Below are positions 10,453-22,965 of a stretch of 64,000 nt of DNA, in pieces (within the stretch, counting starts at the first letter, position 1; each line of letters begins with the position of its first letter). The DNA is from Mytilus californianus. Its lineage: Eukaryota. Both the position numbers and the translations under genes were made by a program. The stretch is taken from assembly GCF_021869535.1 (NCBI RefSeq), contig NW_026262701.1, forward strand, positions 118,110,001 to 118,174,000, given 5' to 3'. The notes below the pieces were generated by a model. The model did not search any database. It worked only from the letters and a program-made list of their open reading frames with translations, and was not told the origin of the DNA.

Positions 10453-13400
10453 CACTGTAAATAAAAATGTTAAGAATCTGAACACTTTTTGAACGCACTT
10501 TTGTAACACTTCTGGAACGCGTAACAGTGTTCTAAATATTAACATTGGTGTTCCAGTTTTTAACATCATGTGTGCATATTTCGAACGCTATGTGTGTTAT
10601 TCTTGAACGGATAGTGTGTACTCCTTGAACGCCTAGTGTTTGAATCTGGAACGCGTAACAGTGTTTTAAATATTAACATTGGTGTTCCAGTTTTTAACAT
10701 CATGTGTGCATCTTTCGAACGCTATGTGTGTTCTTCTTGAACGGAGTGTGTACTCCGTGAACGCCTAGTGTTTGAATCTGGAACATTTCCTTGTGAGCAA
10801 AATTGTACGCCTTTACGCGTTCCAAGCCTTGTAACACTTCTGGAACACTCGGACTGTGTTCCAGAAATATGTGTTAATATCCAGAACACATAGTGTATAC
10901 TACTGGAACACAATTTTACATGTTCCAGAAAAAAAGTGTTCCATTCTCTGAAACATTATTGTGGTCTTGTAAAAATAATAATTTAATTGATTAAAAACAT
11001 CTTTAATTGATTAAAAGAGGCAAAATTAAAAAAAGTACAAAAATGTGAAATATTGAAGCAACTTTAAAATGGCCAGTTAGACAAGTTAGAAATATAACCT
11101 CTGACAACGAAAAATTACACTATAATTTAATTGGCAAAATGTGTCCAAATATTTAATCAGACAAAATTTTCGTCACATTCAAAATTATTATGTTACAACA
11201 AAGTCTAGTGGCTTATGAACACAGTTTAACTCATCGTTTGCAATTTCTTAAGTCAAGCACTGTCCTGAATTTCTTCATAAAAAACTGATGTCAATGGCTC
11301 GTTTATCACCAATATTTCCATAATCCACAGCCTGCATAGCTCTCAGATAGTCAATATCAAACATAAAATACCCTGTATATATGCTGCTAGTGGTCGAGTC
11401 GGTGTTCATGTAACACTGCTACCTTGTGTATTTTTAAACATGATTTGAGTAGTCTACAACTGTTTTTGAGCTTCTATTTTCAAGAGGATTCGTCTCCTTG
11501 GGTTATAACTACTCCTTAACCTTGTTATCCATCAACCGTAAGTTCTGAAATGTCAAATATAAAGTGTATGAGTAAACAAATTATTGATCATGTCGATATT
11601 CCTTAAGAATTAGAAACTCTTATTTCGTTTTTGCAATTCTATTATATTTGTCAGCATTACTAGTATTAGAATTTTTTGCAATATTTGATAAGATGCATGT
11701 GTTAAAGAGTGGTATACATGTATTTTCAAGTATAGGGGCTCTCGTGTTCTCTAGCTTTTTGAAAAAAGATGATAGGAAGTGTACAGCAAATGGTCATAGG
11801 TGTTTTAGGCAAAACTTTGTCTTTAGACGTGTCACTAAATTAACTGCTAACATTTCAAGAAACTAATGACTATTTGCCTGTTTTAAAAAAGATATGTAGG
11901 AATTTCACTTATGATCTGTATACGGATAATTCCAATTTAAATTGATGTAATTATATTGGATTTAACTAAATTAGTTTTCTGATTCATGTACAGAAGTGAA
12001 TGGTGCACATTTTATTGATAAATCTGCATTAACAAAACTTCAAAAATTGTAAGAAGTCAATGGGCAGTCCTAATATTCTTAAACTTACATAAAGTACTTT
12101 TATGGTGCAGGATAAGTCTTTATCTCTTCATTCTCGAGGTATGCACGAACAATTACCCCTAAGTACTGTAGTTGTGTTTGTACCCTATAAAAGTAACATA
12201 GGAATACATTACAATACATGTATGAAGTGCACAACGGTGGGCATTTGCTAAAATGAATTACTAAGAATTAAGTATTTCAGAATGAGAAAGCTATTAAAAT
12301 CAGATACATTAGAAATTTAAAATTAGTGTGTTGCAGTATGCCTTTTTACAGACCTCTGTCTTGACATTGCAATGGCATGACAGTTTTTGTATATGTGAAC
12401 AAATCCTTATGCATTGTTTTTATTTTATTAACAAATGTACATCCTCAAAAGTGTGTATAATCGCGTGATCTTCTTGTTACTTTATATACATAATGTTTGG
12501 AACACATGGCGTTCAGGGAAAACGATTAACTGGAACGCATCATGTTCGAGACCAGAACACATTTACAATAGCAACGATACCATTAGCATTTACGTATAAA
12601 TTTACATTGGTTAAAAATAAAAAAAACATGATCATTTAAATGTATTCTCTCAAAGAACCTCCTACTTTTTTTAATCGAATTATGGCATAACAGCACAGTT
12701 ATGTGTTCAAACAAAATTTTCTACTTCCATTTATACTTCAGTGTGTCCTGTCAAAGTAGAAATTACTTTGTTATAAATATAGATATACATACATATTAAA
12801 TCATGTTTTGTTGTTAATTTTCTTCAGTGAAGCTTCTTCAACACAGGCACTTGTTTCTATCCATGGCAAGATCTACTATCCCTTTATATTACGTAACATA
12901 CAGGGATAGTAGATCTTGCCATGGATAGAAAACAAGTGCCTGTGTTCTTCAATCGCGATCAAAAACCAAACTTCCGGTACATTAATACGTCACGCGCTGT
13001 TATGTACGCGGACATGTTTGGAACACATGGCGTTCGGGGAAAATGGTAAATTTGAACGCATCGTGTTCGACACCACAACGCTTTTACAGTAGCAACGCTT
13101 TCATGAGCATTTACATATTTACATTGGTTAAAAAATATACCCAAAGAACTTAAGTAGTTTAGAAAAAAGATGTATATTAAAAATCAATCATTTGCACGCT
13201 TATAAATACGCTCTTGTAACATGGTTTAATTCTTTTTTTACCAAACTGATAATTTGCTTATGTTGATACAGCTAAAATACATTTATCGTCAAATTATAAT
13301 ACGAATCACCCTTATTCATCGTCTGTTTGACTCTGAAGCGATGAAATGTTTTTTCACTCCCCATTACAATATTAGAACACTAAAGTGTTCAATTTAGAAC

Positions 13401-13556
13401 ACTGGTCTTGAACATATGCGTTAAAAGACTGAACACAATGTGTTATATTTTTTAACGCTGTCGTTCAATGTGGAACACTAATGTTAACAACCGAACATAT
13501 TGTGTTTAAAATTGGAACGCGTCCGGACGCGTCAGGCGTCCGCAATATTTACAGTG
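10453..13556. mobile_element. Non-autonomous EnSpm/CACTA-like DNA transposon (3.1 kb)
   Basis: TA|CACTGTAAATA ... TATTTACAGTG|TA. Dense GAACGC/GAACAC/GTGTTC subterminal repeats at both ends. Internal duplications at about 10510-10745 and at 12495-12620 versus 13015-13135. No transposase ORF. Confidence 0.8.
12842..12944. mobile_element. 103-bp hairpin MITE with 8-bp TSD, nested in the CACTA-like element
   Basis: About 42-bp arms cacaggcacttgtttctatccatggcaagatctactatccct and its reverse complement (one extra A), 18-nt spacer, and TTCTTCAA at 12834-12841 and 12945-12952. Confidence 0.85.
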
Positions 13557-15034
13557 TACACTTGTCCGTCCAGTCGTCGAATATTCTTCCTCTGTTAGGG
13601 ATCCAAAAAACATTTCCTTATGCCAGATTTGGTTGACCCATTACATGGGGTAGCCTAAAACGGACATAGGCACGAAAACTTGAAGTTGACCAATGCACAA
13701 TGAAAAAGTAATCAAAATCAATTGAAGCATGCCAAACGGACATGTGCACCTCTGACATCATAATTCCATATACCACATTTAGTAGTATCCTGCAATTAAG
13801 TCATCTAATGTGCAAATAACAGGTATAGAGATACATTTTTGGAAGTACACCACTGAATTCATGGCCCCATTGCTTTCTATGTTAAATTCCTCAATTTCAA
13901 GCAGGCACAGCTCTTTTGTTTGAAGTTCAAATAAAGTGACAATCATTGCATGTCAAAGCAACACTTCATGGTGCCCTGTACTGAAAAAATCAACATACCT
14001 TTAATGGCATATAAGAAATAACTAGTTCCCGGAACTTCGGAAGTACCAAAACAGGTACTCCAGATCTGACAAACAGGCAAAATTGCCCTCTTTTTTAAAT
14101 TTCATGCATTTTTTTTATTATTCAAAATTATAAGTCAAAAAGTAATCTACAATAATCACCAGTCATTCAGCTTTCATTTGATACCAAAATTACATAAATA
14201 TTCTACATATTTTGAAAGTTACACCCATGCGTAGGAACTATTTTGTGTTAAATATGTACTACTTTCTGTATGTGCTTTCTGGCCGGGCCCGAATTAGGGG
14301 TGTTACACCTTTTGCTTTATCGTACCACTTGTACAAATTAACTCTCCTGTTACCCCGCTTTCATGTTAAGCAAGCGGTAATGTGGATATTTCTTTTTGTG
14401 TAACGGTGTCCTCTTCGCGGTCCGTGTTTAAACTGTGTCTATTTCTTTGGAAAAGTAGATAGGGCAATGATTTGGATTTTTGACACTTAAAGCTTCAAGT
14501 GCCGGGTGTAAATTGCACGATAAAAATAAAATATGTACATAGTCGGTAATATAAAATGCACTCAAAACGAAACAGGCGAAAAGCTCGTACAAATTTATTT
14601 CATAATGTACCTGGGACTATTACATATATAGTCCCAGAATGTACTTATATATATATTGTATATTTACTTCCTGTTGTTATCCAGCTACAAAATATAGTAA
14701 CAAAGGGATATTTCGTGCAACGTCGATTGGTGTCACGTCAACCTGATTAAAATACAGATACTGTATCGGATATATGATCCGTTTTACTTTTTGTGTTAAC
14801 ATTTGCATAACTTTTTGTAGCTATTTTAGCTACAGAATAAGTTTTTTAGGTCGACGTCTGAAAAATATTATTTTTTTTTGTAATCGGCACGAAATCGTAC
14901 AAGGGCTCAGTTACCTCGCCCTTTCCCAGATTCGATCTAAGCCTCATACAAAAAAGTTGATATTTTTTTCTGACATTGACCTATTATATTGTATATGTAG
15001 TAGTATATTATGAACTTACTTCCTTCCTTATGTA

Positions 15035-15068
15035 ATGGCGTCAGAATCATACACAGGAATAGAGGAAG
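15035..15068 (+). CDS. Alternative candidate first coding exon (MASESYTGIEE+G) of the same unidentified gene
   Basis: gtaATGGCG...GAGGAAG|GTATGG: good Kozak context, phase 1 donor. Confidence 0.45.
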
Positions 15069-15113
15069 GTATGGTAATTTTTGCTGTTACATTTTCTCCA
15101 CGTTTACATATAG

Positions 15114-15236
15114 AATAATGGCATTTTTGTTTTTGATAATGACTTTACTCAACAAGAATTTCATGCGTGACCGTTAGGGCGAGCTGATCATATTCGAGCT
15201 GATGGAGTCAGTATCAAAAAATAAAATGCCATTATT
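15114..15236. mobile_element. Small imperfect palindromic element
   Basis: aataatggcattttt..tttttgata pairs with tatcaaaaaataaaatgccattatt. Confidence 0.6.
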
Positions 15237-15268
15237 CATTTTATCGGCAATTCGTCTTAACACAAATT

Positions 15269-15504
15269 CTCTTTGGTTGAGAATATGTTAGTAAAACTAC
15301 TTTTACGCGTACGAAAGGTTGTGATAGTTGTTCGATCGGTTGTGTATTAAAACTACTTTTACGCGTATATAAGGTTGTGCGGATAGTTGTTCGATCGGTT
15401 GTGTATAGTTGTTCGATCGGTTGTGTATTACAACCGATCGAACAACTATCACAACCTTTCGTACGCGTAAAAGTAGTTTTACTAACATATTCTCAACCAA
15501 AGAG
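15269..15504. mobile_element. Foldback element with perfect 75-bp arms
   Basis: 15269-15343 is the exact reverse complement of 15430-15504. The spacer consists of direct re-copies of arm sequence. Confidence 0.9.
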
Positions 15505-16042
15505 CAAATGTATGAATGGAGTCGCGTCACATTTTGGGCAGCAATAAGTTCTACATTTTTGTTATTATACACTTCTTGGCATATGCTACTACTTTTAATG
15601 ACAATTAGAATACGACTACCTTCTTTTTCGAACCCGTCATTCCTGAACACACCTTCAAAGCGCGTGGATGGAAAATCTCAGACGATCAGACATCTTTGTT
15701 CATCCACGTTTAGTTACCAATAATAATGTCTAGTTAAGACGATGTTAATTTCAATTTGAGGAACTTTATTTTTGAAATCAATCGGAGAACTCTCAATGGG
15801 TTTTGTCTATTTATGATTTTATTTCTGGTTTGCTGAGTCACTGATGGTTTTGGTGATGCTTTAACAACTGCATGGATCTCCTATGGTAACTAAAACCTAA
15901 TGAAAATGCTGGACTATCTGAAAGTATGAGTAGGAATTAGGATTCAAATTACCTGATGAAAGGTATGATCGAGTAATAGGATTTATCACATATCAGGCAT
16001 ATCCAAAGCGCTGAAGAATTTCCAAACTTTTCCTACAAGGAT

Positions 16043-16267
16043 GAGGGTCTGGATTTGGGAAGGGGGGGGGGGTGTCCTTCATTTCTGTATTCTTTATACT
16101 TTGTGCCCATTATTCTGTATTCTTTATATTTAAGCACCTCATTATTCGCTATTCTGTATATTTTTGGTCCATTTTTCTCTATTCTTTATATTGTTGGTCC
16201 ATCTATCTCTATTCTTTATACTAGTTGCCCATTTTTCTCTATTCTGTAAACCCCCATCCACACCTTC
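16043..16267. mobile_element. MITE with imperfect TIRs and internal ~31-bp repeats
   Basis: gagggtctggat ... atccacaccttc termini; internal attctctattctttata repeats; related to the element at 61214. Confidence 0.7.
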
Positions 16268-16734
16268 ATGGATGGATTTATATTTACACATCCAATACAG
16301 ACAATCGCATCACTCTCTTGAAAAGATTGAGCAAGTATAACTAGATTCATCCATGCAAATTTTGTGGGCCAGGGTTGGTTTAAACATGGTTGCTTAAAAG
16401 GATTCTAGTTGAAAGATGGGTGTGGCGATCTGATTTGCCAAACACAGTTCTATTTTTAATGTTAGACGCATGACGATGTAAGTGCCTGTAATATAACTGG
16501 GTTGATACCTCGATAGTTGTATCCCATTAAGGTTATATTGGCTATGTATCGAGATCTACCTTCAAAACCTGAATAGGAGATAAAACGTTGCGATAAGAAG
16601 GAAACATTTTTTCAAAACCAATTATGAAGGTATTCTTCCACTCCCCAACAAGAAAAGATCGGTTAATTGATTGGTTGTTGATTGCGTTAGGTCCAGAGAC
16701 ACATATTTGAAGCATTCCGACAGATAAAAAAAGA

Positions 16735-16918
16735 TTTTTATGTTTTGATAATTTGTTGTGATTTTTATGTTTGATAATTTGTTGTGATTTTTATGTTTTG
16801 ATAATTTGTTGTGTTTTTATGTTTTGATAATTTGTTGTGATTTTTATGTTTTGATAATTTGTTGTGTTTTTATGTTTTGATAATTTGTTGTGATTTTTAT
16901 GTTTTGATGGTTTGTTGT
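16735..16918. repeat. 26/27-bp alternating minisatellite, about 7 copies
   Basis: gata starts at 16747, 16773, 16800, 16826, 16853, 16879 and 16906. Confidence 0.95.
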
Positions 16919-17467
16919 GTATGCCTATTATATAAATTTAAAGGGAAAATGTATTGGCCATTTTATTACATTTTGTTTTATTCTTTCATTATTTTCTATT
17001 GTCAAAGAATGCTGAACAGCTTCTGAGATCGAAGTTAATGCACTGGTTTATTTCATAAGATGTATCATCAACAGTAAAATTACTCATTCTTCTCAACCAT
17101 AATTTCAACACTGAAACTATCTCTATAATCATGTTTATTTACTTTATTTGTGTGCGTGGATATATCTTCTTACTTTTATTTATTTTTATTAATTTTATAT
17201 TTTTTCAATATTTTTTGTTTAACTTCTCTGAACCTTTGTAATTGCATGGTTTTATGAGAACAAACTATCTTTAAGCTCCTGCCAGTCTATGCTTTTCAAA
17301 TTGGAAATGGTGCTCCAACTTAAAAATCTTTTCAGTTAATGCATTCTTAACAAAAATAACAGGAGTTATCTCATTCGAAGAGCAAAGACAAAACTGACCA
17401 TTCATGTTACAATTACTCTTATCTTGTTAATTATATTGATTAAGCATTCATTCTTATATATACATGT

Positions 17468-17812
17468 CTTATCAATAGGGATATCCAGTATTTTTGATAA
17501 AAATTATTCTTACCAATAGGGATATCCAATATTTTATATATTCTAATTAATTGGGGTATCCAATATTTAAGATATTGTCACCAAAAGGGATATCCAGTAT
17601 TTTCGACATTCTCATTATTTGGGAGTCAGGTATATTTAAGATATTCTTATAAATTGGCCGGATATCCAGTATTTAAGATATTCTTATAAATTGGAATATT
17701 CAGTGTTTAAGATATTCTTATCAATTGGGATATCCAGTGGTTAAGATATTCTAATCAATAGAGATTTCCAGAATTTTAGATATTCTTATCAATACTAATA
17801 TCAAGTATTTAA
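17468..17812. repeat. 34-bp degenerate minisatellite, about 10 copies
   Basis: Unit gatatccagtatttaagatattcttatcaattgg; starts at 17661, 17695, 17729 and 17763. Confidence 0.85.
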
Positions 17813-17853
17813 ACTACTATTATTCTTATAAGAATAGAGTGATTTTACTTCAG

Positions 17854-18593
17854 GGGCAAATGGACAGTCACTTGTTTCATTAAAAGAATTCCATGAACAG
17901 TTCGCCATTCCATTTAAGTATGGTGACAGAGAAAAACCTTGGCCACGTTCAACAATTCTACTTTATAAATACAGCTCAAAAGCAACATTAAAGTATGGGG
18001 ACATTCCTGAGAACACTTGGATAAGGATAGACAACGCAATAGGAAAACATGCCGAAATAATTATGATAAAAGATCTGAAGAAAATTCAGCACCACTTGGA
18101 AGAACAGGCAGATTATAATGTAGGAAGTTATAAAGGTATATTCAGCATAGAAGTCATTCTAAACTACTCACCAGATAGTGATTGTTCCAACAAATTGTGT
18201 ATTTGTAAGAAATATCTGGATGAAGAAATAGTCAAGCAACGGACAAACGGAAATGAAGGCCCTGCTGATAAGGTTAGGAAAATGTTCCTGACAACAGAAG
18301 TTGAAAAGGTAGAAAAAATTAATTTTAAAATCACCTTTTCAAACTTTTATAAACATATTGAGGAATTATATGGAACAGAAAACATGGAAGGATTAACAAA
18401 TCTTTTGAAAAGTGATATAAAACTTGATATATTGACAGATGAGAATTTGATATATTTTTTTAATGCTGCTGGGTTAGTAACTGAGAGACAAAGAAGAGAA
18501 AAGGATGACAAGAAAATTCTCCAATATCTTAAAGGATTAGCAGCTCTTGATCAGACCAATATAGACTACCTGAGAGAACATAACCTTGTGTAG
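17854..18593 (+). CDS. Terminal coding exon of an unidentified gene (about 246 codons; possible C-terminal DED-like death fold)
   Basis: ttttacttcag| acceptor, then an uninterrupted frame ANGQSLVSLKEFHEQFAIPFKYGDREKPWPRST...MIKDLKK...YLREHNLV*. A 740-nt stop-free stretch in DNA this AT-rich is unlikely by chance. The DED assignment is by-eye pattern only. Confidence 0.75.
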
Positions 18594-18984
18594 TAGTTAT
18601 CATAAACAATAACTTGGAAGTAGTTTTGGTGATTTATTTATTTAGGTTATTTAAATGACAACCGTGATAAAAACATAAAAGTAACATGAAAGGTAACCCA
18701 TGTTACTGCATATGCATGAGGGAGATATAGTCCTTAATTTAAAATTAAATTCATATCTTATAACAAGTTTTCTTTTATTATTAAACAATATTAGCACATT
18801 CATGCGATTCGAAAAGTTCTGGAAACGGGACTGGCGATACCTTTAGATCTCAAAGCCCAATAGCAGATGTACCATAAACAGCTAGTACTATAGAATATAC
18901 ACACTCGTACCAAATACTTGTTTAACTGTTATCTAATTAAAACACTTTATATGTTAAAAATATTATTGCAGTCCTAACAAAAGA

Positions 18985-20055
18985 TCATACGCTGACATGT
19001 CTGGCCTGCTTTACTGACCATTGATTTTATGTTGATAGTCCTTAATATAAAGCTTTACTACAAGTATCACAAGAAAATGAGGTTAAGGTCAGATAAAACC
19101 CAACCGGAAATACTTGTACACCTTACAATCATTCCATACACCAAATGTAGTTGACCTATTGCTTATAGTTTCTAAGAAACAAAATTAACCAGGAAAACTT
19201 AACATTGACCAATGAACCATGAAAATGAGGTCAAGGTCAGATGAACCATGCCAGACAGACATGTACACCTTACAATCAATCTATGCATCAAATATAGTTG
19301 ACCTATTGCTTATAGTTTCTAAGAAAAAAACTTAACCATGAAAACTTAACATTGCCCAATGAACCATGAAAATGAGGTCAAGGTCGGTTGATACCTGTAC
19401 AACTATTCCATACATCAAATATAGTTGACCTATTGCTTATAGTTTAAGAAAAACAGACCAAAACACAAAAACTTAACACTGAGCACTGAGCAATGAACCG
19501 TGTAAATGAGGTCAAGGTCAAATAAAACCTGCCAGACTGAAATGTACATCGTTAAATATTTCCATACACCAAATATTGTTGACCTATTGCACATAGTATT
19601 AGAAAATGACCAAAACAAAACTTAACCACTGAACCATGAAAATGAGGTCAAGGTCAGATGACACCTTCCTGTTGGCCACATACACCTTACAATCATTCCA
19701 TACACCAAATATAGTAGACCTACTGCTTATAGTATCTGATATATCGAATTGACCATGAAAACTTAACCTTCTTCACTGATCCATGAAATGAGTTCATGGT
19801 CAGAAGAAAACTGTCTGACAGGCATGAGGACCTTGCAAGATATGCACTTACTAAATATAGTTATCCTTTTACTCATAATAAGAGAGAAATTTATATTACA
19901 ACAAATCTTAACTTTTTTTTCCAAGTAGTCACTGAACCATGAAAATGAGGTCACGGACAATGAAATATGACAGACAGAAACTTCATAATACAAGGCATCT
20001 ATATACAAAGTTTGAAGGATCCAGGACTTCTACCTTCTGAAATATTAAGCATTTA
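18985..20055 (+). mobile_element. Dispersed element with internal ~120-170-bp tandem units (aaccatgaaaatgaggtcaaggtca family)
   Basis: About 6 diverged units. Fragments of the family also lie at about 10215-10410, 43455-43550 and 49010-49345 (-). Confidence 0.8.
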
Positions 20056-20940
20056 AATAGTTATGCAACAGAAGTCGCAGGCTTGACAAAAAACATCTTT
20101 CAGATGTTTTTGCCAGTTTCTTGCTTATGATATGGTGGTAAATGATTTACATTTCTCATATTTCAAGTAAAACTATTGAAGTTAATTAACTTCCGGAGGA
20201 AAAATCTGGTTATTATTTTGTGAAGTAAGGCTGTAATCAGTTTCCGAGCAAAAAATCATGAATCTTACTGATGACAAAATTAAGGTCAAGTTCGATATGG
20301 ATGATCTTCACTTTTACCGTTCAGGAGTTATGGTCTTGGAAATATGGGAAAATGGCAGTTCATGTCGTTTTTGTTCAATAATTATAGGAACCTTTCTACA
20401 AATGCTTTTCAACTTGTAATATGTTGTTACTGATGACAAAATCAAGGTCAAATTTGATATGGACGATTTTCACTTTTGTCGTCCAGGAGTAATAGGTTGT
20501 CACTGAAGAAAAAATGGTGATTTGTTTGCTTATTTGATTTTTAGGCAGTTAAGCTGCCTTATACGAGCACCCTAGATTTGTGCTCTACCCAATAAATGCT
20601 GAAATACGTGCCATTGTTATTATCTAGCTGGCTTTTATGTTATTTATAACTAATTGGACATTTTTTTAATACTTGTATTTCTGGAATAATAGAGGAAATA
20701 AAGTTATATAAGTGGGCGGTAATTTTTAATTTATCTTGCCAAATAAGGATGTTGTTATTTTATGAATGAAACGAGGTCATGAAACAGATGCGAAAATCGA
20801 CGTTGATGGGATGTTTTAAGTAATGTGGACAACTTGTCCCCGAGACAAGTCGGACCGAATCCACTCAAACCGTCTAAGAAGACAACTTTGACCGTTTGTC
20901 AGATTTACTTAGGGTTTCATAAAATATTAGTCTAACAGGT

Positions 20941-22050
20941 CTAGCGGAGCCATTAATCTTTTGTTTGTGCATTGGGGTCTATTTAGGGGTATTTGGAGGG
21001 GCCTGAAGAAGGCAGGGGTTAACTAAAGAACCCTATGGGATTTTATTTTTTAAAATTTTCTTATGACTATTTCTCGAAAACAGTAAGTGATAGACACATG
21101 CAGTCTTCAGTAATGAGAACTAGACAATAAAAAAATCAACCAAAATATAGGGCGAGTCCCTGGGGGTCATCCCAACCCCCTTCAATTTGAAAATGTACTT
21201 TTATCTTGTAAACCGTCGCGATCCCCACCCCTAAACAATATAAGTACTTGTATGGGACAATAAAAGAAAACAAATGAAAATAATTTGGGGGAGTCCCCGG
21301 TGTCGTCTAACCCCCTCCTGTTTGAGAACTTGGAAATGGTCGAGATCCTCACCCCTTAACCATATATATTCATGTATGGGACAATATAACAAATCAAATG
21401 AAATATAGGGGGAGTCCCTGGGGTCACCCCAACCCCTCCTGTTTGAGAACTTGGAAATGGTTGAGATCACCACCCCTAAACCATATATATTCATGTATGG
21501 GACAATAAAACAAATCAAATGAAATATAGGGGGAGTTCCTCGGGTCACCCCACCCCCTCCTGTTTGAGAACTTGGAAATGGTCGAGATCCCCACCCCCAA
21601 ACCATACATATTCATGTACCTTCTTCACTGATCCATGAAATGAGTTCATGGTCAGAAGAAAACTGTCTGACAGGCATGAGGACCTTGCAAGATATGCACT
21701 TACTAAATATAGTTATCCTTTTACTCATAATAAGAGAGAAATTTATATTACAACAAATCTTAACTTTTTTTTCCAAGTAGTCACTGAACCATGAAAATGA
21801 GGTCACGGACAATGAAATATGAGAACTTGGAAATGGTCGAGATCCCCACCACTAAACCATATGTATTCATGTATGGGACAATATAACAAATCAAATGAAA
21901 TATAGGGGGAGTCTCTGGGATCACCCCACCCCCTCCTGTTTGAGAACTTGTAAACGGTTGAGATACACACACCTAAACCATATTTATTCCTGTTCATCAT
22001 TTCAAAAAAGATTTGAATGACAAACAGGGTCAATCGCCTAGGTGTCACAT
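20941..22050. mobile_element. Non-autonomous element with 121-bp tandem array, interrupted by a 205-bp insertion
   Basis: gaacttggaaatgg at 21326, 21447 and 21568; same family as 7388-7965. Confidence 0.8.
21618..21822 (+). repeat. Exact 205-bp copy of 19766-19970
   Basis: Identical on manual comparison, including the T8 run. Confidence 0.95.
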
Positions 22051-22579
22051 ATGCATATCACTTTACTAGACCAAACCAATATGAACTGGACTTTGCCCAA
22101 TGTCAGGAGACCATGGCAATGACGAATTATGGGGGCTTTGTTTGGGAGACTTCGTAACGGCATCCTGTTACAATTATTTCTTGTTAATTATAAATTTTTA
22201 TTGATGCAAAAAATGAGCCTAGGTTAATTGAATTTACTTTAATTATTTATTAAATTATTTCTGGGCCTATAATAATTTTCATTTATGGCTCATTTTAAAG
22301 AAAACATATAAATCTTTCAAGCAGTGTAAAGCCCGAAAATGTTTGACCAACTGTTTTATAATCACCTGTCATTTTATTCCAAACTTAGTATGGAGTAACA
22401 TCATGCACTTGGGGGTGAAGATGGGGGTCATTTACATTGATATATGAGTTGCTTTTGAAAACCTTGATGAAATATTATTTAATTTGCTTTTATGATCAAT
22501 TCATTTAATGAACATAAACGTACAATATATGAATGTTTAATGTTTGTTCTTTCAAATCTTAAAAAAAAATTGAAGCAAT

Positions 22580-22965
22580 AAAATTGAGAATGGAAATGGG
22601 GAATGTGTCAAAGAGACAACAACCCGACCATAGAACAGACAACAGCAGAAGGTCACCAACAGGTCTTCAATGCAGCGAGAAATTCCCGCACCCGGAGGCG
22701 TCCTTCAGCTGGCCCCTAAACAAATATATATACTAGTTCAGTGATAATGAACGCCATACTAAACTCCAAATTGTACACAAGAAACTAAAATTAAAAATAA
22801 TACAAGACTAACAAAGGCTAGAGGCTCCTGACTTGGGACAGGCGCAAACATGCGGCGGGGTTAAACATGTTTATGAGATCTCAACCCTCCCCCTATACCT
22901 CTAGCCAATGTAGAAAAGTAAACGCATAACAATACGCACATTAAAATTCAGTTCAAGAGAAGTCC
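22580..22965 (+). mobile_element. High-copy dispersed repeat (aaaattgagaatggaaatggggaatgtgtcaaagagacaac family)
   Basis: A second copy lies at 47258-47585, with colinear similarity over more than 300 bp. Confidence 0.85.

Noticed and set aside
21231-22048. Cluster of near-identical ORFs (..ISKFSNRRGWGDP..)
   Set aside because: They are translations of the 121-bp tandem array.
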